Counted from the stretch's first letter, positions 1 through 12,059 are shown. The stretch is 64,000 nt of DNA from a virus (IMGVR_UViG_3300046780_000888:1-64000); one strand, 5' to 3'. Translations and numbers: made by a program. Notes: generated by a model not told the origin, from the sequence alone.

Positions 1-1080
1 AACGACGACATCGAGCTTCAACCGGATGCGCTCGAGAAATTCGCGGACGCATTCGAGTCCGGGCACGCGTTCATCGGCGCCTGCGGTAGCTGGGCGCTCT
101 TCGGCCAAGCGCCCTCCGTTGCGGAGAAGATCGGTCTCTACGACGAGAACTTCGGCATGGCGTACTATGAGGACTGCGACTACTTGCTCCGTCTCCGCGC
201 TGCCGGCATTCCCGTTCACGACCTCGGCTACATCGGGGCGCACGTCGGGAACGCTTCGACCCATGGCGGGACAGCGGAGGAGCAGGCTCTCGTCGCTCAT
301 AGCCGGGAGCGGAACTACGCCTACTTCGTCGCGAAGTGGGGCGCCGATAGCCCGCGCTGGGGCAATCCTCACGTGAAGAACTTCGCTGAGCCGTTTGATG
401 GCATGCCTCCGCGCGGCTGGGCCAACAGGACGAACATGCGCGACATCATTGCGCCGATGCGCTGGGATGTCCTGAACTACATCGCGAAGAAGATCGGCGC
501 GAAACGGTATCTCGAAATCGGAGTCGCGGACGGCTCTTGCATGCGTCGGATCGAGGTCGAAGAGAAATGGGGGGTCGATCCCAATCCGCAGCCGGGAGCC
601 GTGTCCGCCTCGACGATATTCGTGCCCCGAACGAGCGACTTTTTCTTCGAGCGGCTTGCCTCGACATCGGGGCAATTCGATCTCGTCTTCATCGACGGCG
701 ACCATCGTGCCGAGCAGGTCTATCGGGAGGTACATGCAGCGGTGACGGTCCTGAGCCCGAAGGGCGTCATCTGTCTCCACGACTGTAACCCGCACTCGGA
801 AGAGATGCAGCAGGTGCCGCTCGCCTCCGGATGGCAATGGACGGGTGATGTCTGGAAAGCCATCGCGCGTCTTCGGAGCGAGGAGGAGCACCGCGTACGA
901 GTCATCCCGTCGGACTACGGAATCGGGATTGTGCTCCCCGGACGCCCTTGTTCTGCACCAAAGCTCCCTGCCGAATGGGACCGGTTGCTCTGGCGAGATC
1001 TCGTTGCGGGGCGCCGGGAGATCCTCGGTCTCATCGCTCCAGGGGAATGGCGTGAATACCTGGACAGTCAGCTCCAGTAG
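1..1080 (+). CDS. GT2 glycosyltransferase fused to class I SAM-dependent methyltransferase (5' partial)
   Basis: Frame 1 is open from base 1: NDDIEL...GLYDENFGMAYYEDCDY (GT2 motifs), then YLEIGVADG, FDLVFIDGDH, ICLHDCNP, WTGDVWKAI (Methyltransf_24-like). Confidence 0.85.
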   Translation, partial: NDDIELQPDALEKFADAFESGHAFIGACGSWALFGQAPSVAEKIGLYDENFGMAYYEDCDYLLRLRAAGIPVHDLGYIGAHVGNASTHGGTAEEQALVAHSRERNYAYFVAKWGADSPRWGNPHVKNFAEPFDGMPPRGWANRTNMRDIIAPMRWDVLNYIAKKIGAKRYLEIGVADGSCMRRIEVEEKWGVDPNPQPGAVSASTIFVPRTSDFFFERLASTSGQFDLVFIDGDHRAEQVYREVHAAVTVLSPKGVICLHDCNPHSEEMQQVPLASGWQWTGDVWKAIARLRSEEEHRVRVIPSDYGIGIVLPGRPCSAPKLPAEWDRLLWRDLVAGRREILGLIAPGEWREYLDSQLQ

Positions 1081-4286
<3,206 letters not shown>

Positions 4287-4290
4287 CCGA

Positions 4291-5115
4291 TCACTCCTTC
4301 ACGAGCACGGATACCCCGATCTTGCCCTCGGCGTGGTTCTCGACCAGCGCCAAAAACCGTCCATCCGACGTCTCCTCTTTTGTCCCGAGCTTGAACTTGT
4401 CCGAGGCGGCGCTCAGCCCAGCAATCAGCGACACGGCCTCGTCGCTGAATTCGCTCGGCAGCGCTCGCCGGTACCCCTTCACCGGGCTCCGATCCGGGCG
4501 GAGCGCAATCGCCGCGTTCCATTTGTCGGCGCGAGCCCAGTCGCGTTCGCTCGGACGGCAGTTGCCCCCGGTCGCATAGGCCGCAAATACCTTGGCGACC
4601 TTCGCTCGATCTGCGCGCTGCCCAGACCAAACCCCGCACTGCCGCGCCTGCGCGACCCAAATCCGCGCCGTCGCTGCTGCACACAATTCAATCGCCTCGT
4701 CGGCCGTTCCGACCATCTTGTTCCACTCTTCTTCTGGCACCAGTTGCGAGACGTGGATCTGACCGAAGCAGTGCGCCTTGCCGTTGTCCTGCGTCCATTT
4801 GGGATGCTTGACTCCGGCCTGCACGCGCTCATCGAACAGCGTCTCCGCGTGCCAGAGCTCCAGCATCGCGAGCGAGAACTCTGTCGCGGTCCAGGCTTGC
4901 CCATTTGCATACGGCTCTGTCGCGTGAGCGAGCGCCGTCGTCATTCCCTGAAGCCTCATCTTGTACTCGGCCCGGGTTTCTCCAGGCGCCGACGAATGCG
5001 GCATCTTTTCCGCGGTTGCATAGAGCCACACGGCAAGCTTGTTCGGAGACGTCGCCGTCGCCTCGAATGCGACCAGGGCGATTGCCAGAGCGAGCAGAAC
5101 TGTAATGCGCTTCAT
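4291..5115 (-). CDS. Secreted protein, possible lysozyme/SLT-like muralytic enzyme
   Basis: Signal peptide MKRITVLLALAIALVAFEATA. The segment HAETLFD...DNGKAHCFGQIH resembles the SLT ES...GxxQI motifs. Confidence 0.45.
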   Translation of the reverse strand: MKRITVLLALAIALVAFEATATSPNKLAVWLYATAEKMPHSSAPGETRAEYKMRLQGMTTALAHATEPYANGQAWTATEFSLAMLELWHAETLFDERVQAGVKHPKWTQDNGKAHCFGQIHVSQLVPEEEWNKMVGTADEAIELCAAATARIWVAQARQCGVWSGQRADRAKVAKVFAAYATGGNCRPSERDWARADKWNAAIALRPDRSPVKGYRRALPSEFSDEAVSLIAGLSAASDKFKLGTKEETSDGRFLALVENHAEGKIGVSVLVKE

Positions 5116-5149
5116 GACGCGAAGCCTTGCACGTCTTCGCTGAGCCTGT

Positions 5150-5704
5150 CTACTTTCTGCTGCGCTTGGATTTTATCGGTTTGCCTAGCTGGTTACCAAA
5201 CTGAATCCATCCTCGTCGCCGCTTCCGCGCGAAGAGCTCCACGTGCGGACCTTTCGTCAGCTTCTTCACGATCTTGTAGAACTCGTCGGGCTTCTCCGAG
5301 TGCGCGCCGAGCGGGGCATCGAACATCGAACGGATACTGCGGTTCGTCACCTTCCCCTTCCCGCGGCGGCCGATCAGGCACACCTCGTGACACATGCGTG
5401 TGTAGCGCCCCATGCCGAAGGCGAGCTTCCCGCTCTTCGTGAGCTTCCTCCACACAATCTCGGACTTCGGAGTGAACCCCCAGGCCCGCATCACCGCGTA
5501 GGCCTCCTCTCCCATCGCGGATACGCGCCAAAGAAAGAGGATGGCGTCATCCGCGATCTTGATCTCAGGATGGTCCGTCAGGAACGTGAGGATACGACCA
5601 TGCTTCTGCGTCCTGTAGTTCTTGGCAGCCCCACGCGTCTTTCCTGGCAGCTTGTCGCCGAACTGCCACGCCGGATCTGCAACGACAACCTTCGCGCGCC
5701 TCAA
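5150..5704 (-). CDS. MT-A70 family N6-adenine methyltransferase
   Basis: VVVADPAW (DPPW-like), LFLW, WGF, HSEKPDEFY, ELFARKRRRGW..GNQ. Confidence 0.9.
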   Translation of the reverse strand: MRRAKVVVADPAWQFGDKLPGKTRGAAKNYRTQKHGRILTFLTDHPEIKIADDAILFLWRVSAMGEEAYAVMRAWGFTPKSEIVWRKLTKSGKLAFGMGRYTRMCHEVCLIGRRGKGKVTNRSIRSMFDAPLGAHSEKPDEFYKIVKKLTKGPHVELFARKRRRGWIQFGNQLGKPIKSKRSRK

Positions 5705-5868
5705 TGCCCCGTCCCCTTGTAGGCGAAGAACACGAGGACGAAGAGAAGCTCACCGGGATGTAGTCCGCGGCGCCAAGTGCTGCACTTCTGGCAGATTTTC
5801 AGATCTCCTCGACGCACGAACTCGTGGGCGCACGCTTCCTGCTCTGGCGTCTCCTTGATCCACTTCAT
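5701..5868 (-). CDS. Small hypothetical protein with CxH/CxxC motifs
   Basis: MKWIKETPEQEACAHEF...ICQKC; overlaps both neighbours by 4 nt. Confidence 0.45.
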   Translation of the reverse strand: MKWIKETPEQEACAHEFVRRGDLKICQKCSTWRRGLHPGELLFVLVFFAYKGTGH

Positions 5869-6140
5869 GGCCACTCCGAGCACGCGATCACGCGCGGCGA
5901 GCGTCCTGTCAGGAACTCTCCCCACATCGAGCGAGATTCGCCGTTGCTTCCGTTGAAGCGCAGGCGCTCCGCTCGCTCTGTCTCGCATTCCACGATAATG
6001 GCCTCCTCGATATCCTCCGGATCGGAACCCTGCTCCTCCCCCGTCTCGTACAATAGTTCCAGCACGTGCCGCGGGTGCAGCGCCGAGACCCAATACGTGG
6101 CGCCCCCGACCTTCGCCTCGTAAAGCTTCGTTTCGACCAT
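5865..6140 (-). CDS. Hypothetical protein
   Basis: 91-aa acidic ORF in a translationally coupled array. Confidence 0.6.
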   Translation of the reverse strand: MVETKLYEAKVGGATYWVSALHPRHVLELLYETGEEQGSDPEDIEEAIIVECETERAERLRFNGSNGESRSMWGEFLTGRSPRVIACSEWP

Positions 6141-6445
6141 CAGCCGATCTCCCCCCAGCTCAGGTGTCCGCGTCCATGCTTCGCGATCCAGTCGCGGACC
6201 GGCCCGCTCTCGTCGTCCTCCTCCCCCTCATCGACGGTCAGGATCTCGTCCGGCCCGAGCGTCTGCCACGTCCAATCCGGTGGGTCGTATCCCTCCTGCC
6301 GTTCCGCTTCGGAAAAGCCTTCTTTTTCTCGATACTCGGCCAGCAGCTTCTCGGCTGCCTCCTGGCTCTCCGCGATCACCCAGTGCGCCTCGTAGATGTC
6401 GTGATCGTGCGCGACGAACATCTGAAGTTCGAGAGCGTCGGTCAT
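6140..6445 (-). CDS. Hypothetical protein
   Basis: 101-aa acidic ORF with coupled stop/start. Confidence 0.65.
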   Translation of the reverse strand: MTDALELQMFVAHDHDIYEAHWVIAESQEAAEKLLAEYREKEGFSEAERQEGYDPPDWTWQTLGPDEILTVDEGEEDDESGPVRDWIAKHGRGHLSWGEIG

Positions 6446-6849
6446 CCGAGCGTCCTCGGTAGGGTCCCGGAGAGCGGAAGAGGGAGCGGCTTGATTCGTC
6501 CCTCAGCCAGATCATCTACGCCGACCGGCTTCGAGCCGATGAATTTGCGATCCCACTCGCATTCGAGTTCGTGAAATAAGTGCCACGCCACCCGCTCGAG
6601 ATTCACGGCCGACAGAGGCAGCAGGAGATTCCATCGCAGGCACTCTTCGCCTTCGGCGAGACCAAAATACACCACGCGCGCGCCGAGCCGGATGAGCTCC
6701 TCTCTATCCGCAGTGAGGACGTCGTAGTCCCCGGTGTCTCGCAATCGCTGGTAGCACGTACGACATCGAATCCGCAGGACATCGAAGTGCTCGTACGGGA
6801 TCTCGATCGACAGCCATCGGGCACCGAAAAAATCGCCAAGGTCCATCAC
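6442..6849 (-). CDS. Hypothetical protein
   Basis: 135 aa; GTGA overlap preceded by AAGGAG. Confidence 0.6.
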   Translation of the reverse strand: MMDLGDFFGARWLSIEIPYEHFDVLRIRCRTCYQRLRDTGDYDVLTADREELIRLGARVVYFGLAEGEECLRWNLLLPLSAVNLERVAWHLFHELECEWDRKFIGSKPVGVDDLAEGRIKPLPLPLSGTLPRTLG

Positions 6850-7127
6850 GGTTTCTCCTTCATGCTGCTCTCCCCCAGCGTTGATTCCCTCGGTCCGAAG
6901 ACGTGGCGCCGGTGATCCTCGAGCGCGGCGATCAAACTATCCAGCGTTCCCGGGCCTTTGAATCGAAAGACGACCTTCGCGCCTGCGAGCGGGAAATGGA
7001 GATGCACCTGCGTGGGCGGCACCGTCGGGGCTGGCGTGGGGCACCAGGAGAACACCTCGATGCTTTCGATCTTCCCCTCGTAGTAGTCGAACTTGTGTCG
7101 CGTCGAATCCCTAGGCAGTTTGTCCAT
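6846..7127 (-). CDS. Hypothetical protein
   Basis: 93 aa; AGAGGAG RBS. Confidence 0.65.
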   Translation of the reverse strand: MDKLPRDSTRHKFDYYEGKIESIEVFSWCPTPAPTVPPTQVHLHFPLAGAKVVFRFKGPGTLDSLIAALEDHRRHVFGPRESTLGESSMKEKP

Positions 7128-7443
7128 CGGTCTCCTCTTTCTTCTGTGGGGTCGTGTCCTCTTCGTCCAGCGACCGGCGCATCGCTCGCAGCTGCGAGAT
7201 GGCGTACTCCGTTCCGCACGGGTGCGTCATCAGGTGATGATACGACGCGAAGGCCTCGCAGAGCAGGTATGCCTGCGCTTGCGTGAGCCGATTCAGGGCG
7301 TACCGCGCGGTGTGTGCTGCCTCGTGCAGCGGTTCGTACTCCGGATCCGTCATGCTCCACCCGTACGGACCTTCGTTGAACCGGATCCACCCGTGCCGCC
7401 GCATCCGAACGACGTCTGGCTTTCTTTTATCGGACATTTTCAC
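7111..7443 (-). CDS. Hypothetical protein
   Basis: 110-aa ORF in the array. Confidence 0.6.
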   Translation of the reverse strand: MKMSDKRKPDVVRMRRHGWIRFNEGPYGWSMTDPEYEPLHEAAHTARYALNRLTQAQAYLLCEAFASYHHLMTHPCGTEYAISQLRAMRRSLDEEDTTPQKKEETDGQTA

Positions 7444-7624
7444 CGTTCTCCCCGTTCAGAAAACTGAGGACTTTCCTTCGCCAGCACTCAAGGCGCTCCC
7501 TGGTGTTCTGGATCTCCGTCGGCGTCGGAAAGAGCCCGTATCGCGGAACCGGATGAAGCACCGCCTGCACAATCGCGAGGCCCTCGATGAGTAGCGTTCG
7601 CTCTCTGTTAACGTCAGCCGACAT
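7427..7624 (-). CDS. Hypothetical protein
   Basis: 65-aa ORF filling the gap in the array. Confidence 0.5.
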   Translation of the reverse strand: MSADVNRERTLLIEGLAIVQAVLHPVPRYGLFPTPTEIQNTRERLECWRRKVLSFLNGENGENVR

Positions 7625-8189
7625 GTTCCCTCAGTGGAGCTGCGAAGCGCTCCCAAGCCTCTACGTCCTCCTCGAGCACCTGCACCTCTTCCTCCCCGAT
7701 CGTCCATCCGACCGGATACTTCCCGCCGGGAAATTTGAACTGCACGGTGACAGACCGGAGCGCCGCGAAGATCCGTAGCTCGTTGCTCCCTGGATACCTA
7801 TCCGTGACGACCTTGGCCGCATTCCAGATCCGCATCCGCTGCTCGCGGTCGCCCCTCAATCGTTTGAGACAGCACTTCGCCGAGCAGTACACGTCTCCAT
7901 CGCGGAGCACGTACGGGGCTGCCATGTGTGTCTCGTCGTAACCCTCGCCCTCCTCGGCACGGACTTGTCTGTCGCATCCCATGCACCCGAACCACCAGCC
8001 AGCGGCAAGCTGGGCGCGAATCAGATCGTCCCCGGCGAGCCCGTCGAATTCCGGGGCGCGAGTGGCCCGACGGGAGAGAAACTCGATATCCAGACTGGTA
8101 TTGTTCTTCGCCTCGGAGCGGGTAGCCGCATGCACGATCTCCGCGTGACCTTCGTCGTCCCAGGGATCCTCGATCTTCCAGGCTTTCAT
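7614..8189 (-). CDS. Hypothetical phage protein with Cys motifs
   Basis: MKAWKI...RAPEFD...GWWFGCMGC...YCSAKC...FKFPGG. Confidence 0.65.
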   Translation of the reverse strand: MKAWKIEDPWDDEGHAEIVHAATRSEAKNNTSLDIEFLSRRATRAPEFDGLAGDDLIRAQLAAGWWFGCMGCDRQVRAEEGEGYDETHMAAPYVLRDGDVYCSAKCCLKRLRGDREQRMRIWNAAKVVTDRYPGSNELRIFAALRSVTVQFKFPGGKYPVGWTIGEEEVQVLEEDVEAWERFAAPLREHVG

Positions 8190-8485
8190 GGCTCCGGGCC
8201 CCATTCTGAACAGCTATCCACAGCGACGCGCATCTCGTATCCCTGAGAGCGATGAAAGCTCGAGGTGAGCCAGACGTCGCCGAGGCGACTCGCGCCGGTT
8301 ACGCGGTAGCGCTTTCTCGCGTACGTACAGAACAGCCGCGACTTGATAAATTTGCGCGCCAAGATCTGGTGTATCGCAGGCAACCGGAAATGAAGGAACA
8401 TCCAGCGCGCGTAGTCGTCGTTGCGCGGATTGTCGACCCAGTCGTCGATGTGGGTTCCAGTAAAGCCCTCGAACTCTTCCGTCAT
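8186..8485 (-). CDS. Hypothetical phage protein
   Basis: LFCTY..KRYRVTGASRLGDVWLT...GYEMRV; coupled to neighbours. Confidence 0.7.
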   Translation of the reverse strand: MTEEFEGFTGTHIDDWVDNPRNDDYARWMFLHFRLPAIHQILARKFIKSRLFCTYARKRYRVTGASRLGDVWLTSSFHRSQGYEMRVAVDSCSEWGPEP

Positions 8486-8910
8486 CGTTCCTCTCTCCTG
8501 AACCTGCGCTCGAGGATGGCCCGTTCCTTTGCCGTCAACAGGTCTTTGATAGACTCCGTGTACTTCCGTAGCGCTCCCTCCGCATTGTCGAGCTTCTTGC
8601 CGAGCGCGCGCACTTCTGGATCTATCCGCTCTAGCTCCGCGAGGGACGCTTCGAGCTGTGGAGCCAGATCAGCCACCTGCTCGAACGTCACGGGCCTCGG
8701 CTCATCATTCCAGAGCAGCACGGCTTCTTCCTTCGGATCAATCGGCCCGTCTTCCTCTTCGTCGGACCACGCCGCTGGCCCCTGACAAAAGCAGCTCTTG
8801 CAACATACGTAGACTCTGGTTTCCAGAGCATCGTCCATCACCTCGAGCTCCATGCCACTGCACCACGGGCACGGACGAGTAATGGCCGGGAGCTTGCGCT
8901 CCTCCGTCAT
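8482..8910 (-). CDS. Lar-family restriction alleviation-like Zn-finger protein with coiled coil
   Basis: PCPWC...VCCKSCFCQGP...EAVLLWN is the Lar pattern. Confidence 0.7.
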   Translation of the reverse strand: MTEERKLPAITRPCPWCSGMELEVMDDALETRVYVCCKSCFCQGPAAWSDEEEDGPIDPKEEAVLLWNDEPRPVTFEQVADLAPQLEASLAELERIDPEVRALGKKLDNAEGALRKYTESIKDLLTAKERAILERRFRREER

Positions 8911-9179
8911 GGCGGCGGCACCGTGTCTTTCAGCGCGTCAAGAGCCTGCTGCAACTCCGCCCGCCGCGCCTCTGCGGCCTCTCGCGTCGCATGCAACTTG
9001 TCCGCCTTGACGCCATCCATATGGATGCCCGAGCCGCGGCGCGACCGGACGAGCCACCCGACCTCTGCCGGCGCAGCCTCGACCTCGACCACCTCGTAGT
9101 CGCCACCGGCACGGCTATGCACGATGCCATACATCTTTCGCCATCGCTCTTCTGACATGTTTTCCTTTGACACCTTCAT
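8907..9179 (-). CDS. Hypothetical protein
   Basis: MKVSKENMSEE...; ATGA overlaps. Confidence 0.55.
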   Translation of the reverse strand: MKVSKENMSEERWRKMYGIVHSRAGGDYEVVEVEAAPAEVGWLVRSRRGSGIHMDGVKADKLHATREAAEARRAELQQALDALKDTVPPP

Positions 9180-10114
9180 AACGCCACCTGCATCAACGGC
9201 CCAAGCAGGGCATTTGCTTTGACGCACAGGTCTCGAAATTCGTCCTGATACGAACCGTCGTGCACACACAGCTGCATCCGACGAAGAAAGGTCACTCCGA
9301 AGTTGTCCTGCTCGTTCTCGATGTCCGCGCCCGCTGCGAGCACAAGCCGAGAGGCGTCCTCTTTATCCCCGAGCGACACCAGCACGAGAGCGAGCCCCCA
9401 GAGCATCTGTTGCTCGTGCGTATACTGCCACCAGTCGGTTGGCGCCTGCGCTGGCCACCGGAGAATGCTTTTCATCAAGGGAGGAAGGAGCGGCGGCATC
9501 ACCGTCGCGACGAACGTCTGTTGCGCCGCGTCCATGGCTTCATCACGGAGGAGCTCCGAGCAGCACGATACCCAGAGTTGCGCCCGCCTCTTCTGGGAAG
9601 AGGTCCACTCGATCCCATCGGAGCCGCCGAGCAGAGCTGATTCCATCGAGCCCTGTAACAGCAAAGGCAACCTAGTCGCCCAGTAAAATGCAATTCCGCT
9701 CGGGCTTACTGAGGCGGCTTTCGTGTACACGCCCGTCTCGTGCAACACCGGCGCCATCACATCCACGTATCGGGCGGGGTTACCTAGCAGACAGCAGTGA
9801 AGGAGAAGCTGCGCGTAACCCGATCGCGCCGTCACGCCAAGACCACCGAGCGCCAAGATCCCTGGCCCACAACAATGCACCTGATCGACGTTGCTGCCGG
9901 CGCATGCACACGCAACCGAGAACACGGCTTCCCAGAAGCCCGGGTGCCCGGTCAGCCGCGGCTTCCTCGCTCCGATGGCGTACCAGCCCGAGTACTGTCC
10001 GTGCTTCGCCCAGCGCACCCATGGTCGACCGTCCTTTGTGCGCGCAGGACCGTCCGTCGTGACTTCAAGAGCATCGAAGTCCGGACGACCGGAAGCCCGA
10101 AGAGGTGAGGTCAC
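9176..10114 (-). CDS. Hypothetical protein
   Basis: About 312-aa ORF; its GTG start overlaps the upstream stop. Confidence 0.6.
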   Translation of the reverse strand: MTSPLRASGRPDFDALEVTTDGPARTKDGRPWVRWAKHGQYSGWYAIGARKPRLTGHPGFWEAVFSVACACAGSNVDQVHCCGPGILALGGLGVTARSGYAQLLLHCCLLGNPARYVDVMAPVLHETGVYTKAASVSPSGIAFYWATRLPLLLQGSMESALLGGSDGIEWTSSQKRRAQLWVSCCSELLRDEAMDAAQQTFVATVMPPLLPPLMKSILRWPAQAPTDWWQYTHEQQMLWGLALVLVSLGDKEDASRLVLAAGADIENEQDNFGVTFLRRMQLCVHDGSYQDEFRDLCVKANALLGPLMQVAL

Positions 10115-10308
10115 TCCCTCACCTCGCGCTCCCAGATAAAGAAGAGCAGAGCACACATCGGTTCGTTACGTAGATTGCCGCTGCGGCTTCCCGTCGCAGC
10201 CGCGACATGCGCCAACCGCCAGCCCTCCCCAGGTGGGGACACTGGGGCGGGGGCGGGGAAGCCATCCATGAACTGACGGCGCGTTGTTTTGCGCTCTATC
10301 ACGGCCAT
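10111..10308 (-). CDS. Small hypothetical protein
   Basis: MAVIERK...PGEGWRLAHV...FIWERE. Confidence 0.5.
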   Translation of the reverse strand: MAVIERKTTRRQFMDGFPAPAPVSPPGEGWRLAHVAAATGSRSGNLRNEPMCALLFFIWEREVRE

Positions 10309-10502
10309 TCTCGTCTCCATATTTCTCCGTGCTGCGCGCCGATCATGGAGCCACACGACTCCTTGTCTCGCGGAACCATCGGCCCGAATCGTTTCACGCA
10401 CTCGTTGTATTCGCGCTGAATCGCAACGGCCTGCCCGACGCAGTAGCCGGCATTCAGCCCGAGCATCAGGAAGCCGACGACTGCAACGAGGAACCGTGTC
10501 AC
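10299..10502 (-). CDS. Small membrane/secreted protein
   Basis: Hydrophobic N-terminus MTRFLVAVVGFLMLGLNAGY. Confidence 0.5.
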   Translation of the reverse strand: MTRFLVAVVGFLMLGLNAGYCVGQAVAIQREYNECVKRFGPMVPRDKESCGSMIGAQHGEIWRREWP

Positions 10503-10813
10503 GGTTTCTCCCCGGGCCCAGAGTTTCCGTCCACGTCGCGCCCACGGAAGAACATCTCGGGCGTGGGCGATTCCTCGGCAGCAATGGCCTCGTAGTGAGC
10601 GATCTGCTCCGCGAGCCCTCGCAGCTTTGCGCGCACTTCAGCTAGAGTTGCGGCGGCGGCCTCGAACGCGGCTTTTGCGTCGATGTATTGCTCGTGCGCC
10701 TCTTCAAGCTCTGCGCTGTATTGCCTCCTCGCGTTCGTCAACGTTGTCGCACGGTCCTTCGCCAGAAACCGAATCGTCTCCGGGTTGTTCCAGTCGAACG
10801 GATCTGGTTTCAT
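10499..10813 (-). CDS. Coiled-coil hypothetical protein
   Basis: MKPDPFDWNN... followed by an Ala/Glu-rich helix. Confidence 0.6.
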   Translation of the reverse strand: MKPDPFDWNNPETIRFLAKDRATTLTNARRQYSAELEEAHEQYIDAKAAFEAAAATLAEVRAKLRGLAEQIAHYEAIAAEESPTPEMFFRGRDVDGNSGPGEKP

Positions 10814-10983
10814 GGCTGCTGCCGCCACGGTTTCTTGCCGCCTAGTTGGCGCGCCACTAGCTCTTCGAGGAGCTCGTACACGAAGGCGCCGCGTTCCGCA
10901 GAGCGCTGTTTCAGCCAGGAACCGAAGTCCCGCCGCACCTTGATGGATATGGTGGGTGGCCGACGCGATGGACGAGCGGTCAT
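10810..10983 (-). CDS. Small ribbon-helix-helix-like DNA-binding protein (not in the ORF track)
   Basis: Manual translation gives MTARPSRRPPTISIKVRRDFGSWLKQRSAERGAFVYELLEELVARQLGGKKPWRQQP. It has ATGA overlaps with hicA and the downstream gene. Confidence 0.6.
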   Translation of the reverse strand: MTARPSRRPPTISIKVRRDFGSWLKQRSAERGAFVYELLEELVARQLGGKKPWRQQP

Positions 10984-11171
10984 CCGCCCTCGTCGAGGCC
11001 GGCATCCCGAAGGATCGACAGGTACGTACCGCGCGGTAGATCCGTTGCGTGCCTGGGTACGATGACACGTCGCCCGGCACTGTTCTCATAGATGTCGTGC
11101 CGTTTGCCGTGACGCGCTAAGTAAAAGCCAGCTCGCTTCAGGCGCCGAACCAACGCAGAAACCTTTTCCAT
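10980..11171 (-). CDS. hicA: HicA family toxin (mRNA interferase)
   Basis: MEKVSALVRRLKRAGFYLARHGKRHDIY....RRVIVPRHATDLPRGTYLSILRDAGL. Confidence 0.9.
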   Translation of the reverse strand: MEKVSALVRRLKRAGFYLARHGKRHDIYENSAGRRVIVPRHATDLPRGTYLSILRDAGLDEGG

Positions 11172-11173
11172 GC

Positions 11174-11383
11174 TCAGAGCCGGAGTTCGCCCGTGCGAAT
11201 AGCTGCGGCGGGAGGGAGCTTCTCGCCAAGCTCGGACAGATAATCGTCGAGCTCGTAAAGAGCATCCTTCAAGTCCGCCACGGCCTGAGCCGACGTAGCG
11301 CCGAGACCGTAGGCCCCCGGGATCGCGGGACAGTGAGCGGTCCATACGCCTTCTTCTCTCCAGGAAACGTAGTCGTACACCAT
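11174..11383 (-). CDS. hicB: HicB family antitoxin (short form lacking a DNA-binding domain)
   Basis: EEGVWTAHCPAIPGAYGLGAT...AVADLKDAL...GEKLP. Confidence 0.85.
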   Translation of the reverse strand: MVYDYVSWREEGVWTAHCPAIPGAYGLGATSAQAVADLKDALYELDDYLSELGEKLPPAAAIRTGELRL

Positions 11384-11472
11384 GGTGGATAAGTCTACCG
11401 GCTACGCGGGCGGCGTCAAGCGACTCCCTGGACAGGAAACACGAGCGCACAGAACCTGCTGTTCAGACTGCC

Positions 11473-11748
11473 TCACGTTCCTGGATCCTTTCCAGATTCG
11501 TTTCCGTGCTCCTGTCGGCCGTCTCCAACATAGAGGAGCCGGTAGAGCGCCTGCTGTAGATCCACGATGTCTAGCCCGTGCGGCGTCTCGAACCCATGGC
11601 GTTGCAGCACATCGGCCACGTCAATCACTAGCCCAATCGTGAAGCGGGAATCGTGCTCCGGAGTGGGACGAATCGGGTAGCTGCGCTTCGACACCGTAGA
11701 TTCGATCGGAGCGACCTTCTCGGTACTCTCTTTTTCAGACTGCCTCAC
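11473..11748 (-). CDS. MRQS-cassette hypothetical protein
   Basis: MRQSEKESTEKVAPIES...YPIRPTPEHDSRFTIGLVIDVADVLQRHGF. Confidence 0.7.
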   Translation of the reverse strand: MRQSEKESTEKVAPIESTVSKRSYPIRPTPEHDSRFTIGLVIDVADVLQRHGFETPHGLDIVDLQQALYRLLYVGDGRQEHGNESGKDPGT

Positions 11749-12059
11749 GGTTTGCTCCTGACGCTAGGGTCGTTTCTGCCTACCCGAGCCATCGCCTGCT
11801 CCGCCCTCATGAGCGCAGCTTCGATTCCGCGCTTTTGCTGAGTCGTCCAGCGCACCTCATCCTTGAGCGCGAGAAGCACGCCGGAGCACGTCGCGAGCGC
11901 GAGGTGTAGTTCCTGCACCTGACCCTCTCGAATCGGCAGCGGGTCCAGTGAACAGTCGTGCCCGCTCGGACACGCGCCATCGACCAGCGCTCGGTAGCAG
12001 GAACGGCAATACTCAGGTTTCGCCACCTTCGCGAGACTCTGCTTCTTGGACTGCCTCAC
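11745..12059 (-). CDS. MRQS-cassette protein with Zn-ribbon-like motif
   Basis: MRQSKKQSLAKVAKPEYCRSC...GACPSGHDC. Confidence 0.65.
   Translation of the reverse strand: MRQSKKQSLAKVAKPEYCRSCYRALVDGACPSGHDCSLDPLPIREGQVQELHLALATCSGVLLALKDEVRWTTQQKRGIEAALMRAEQAMARVGRNDPSVRSKP

Noticed and set aside
9176-10114. Possible degenerate lysozyme-like protein
   Set aside because: The resemblance is faint and has no convincing catalytic motif, so it is left as hypothetical.
6846-10510. GAGAAACCGTGA junctions at 6846-6857 and 10499-10510 as members of the MRQS array
   Set aside because: They match only the upstream half (RBS plus GTGA) and lack GGCAG, so they can be explained by ordinary translational coupling.
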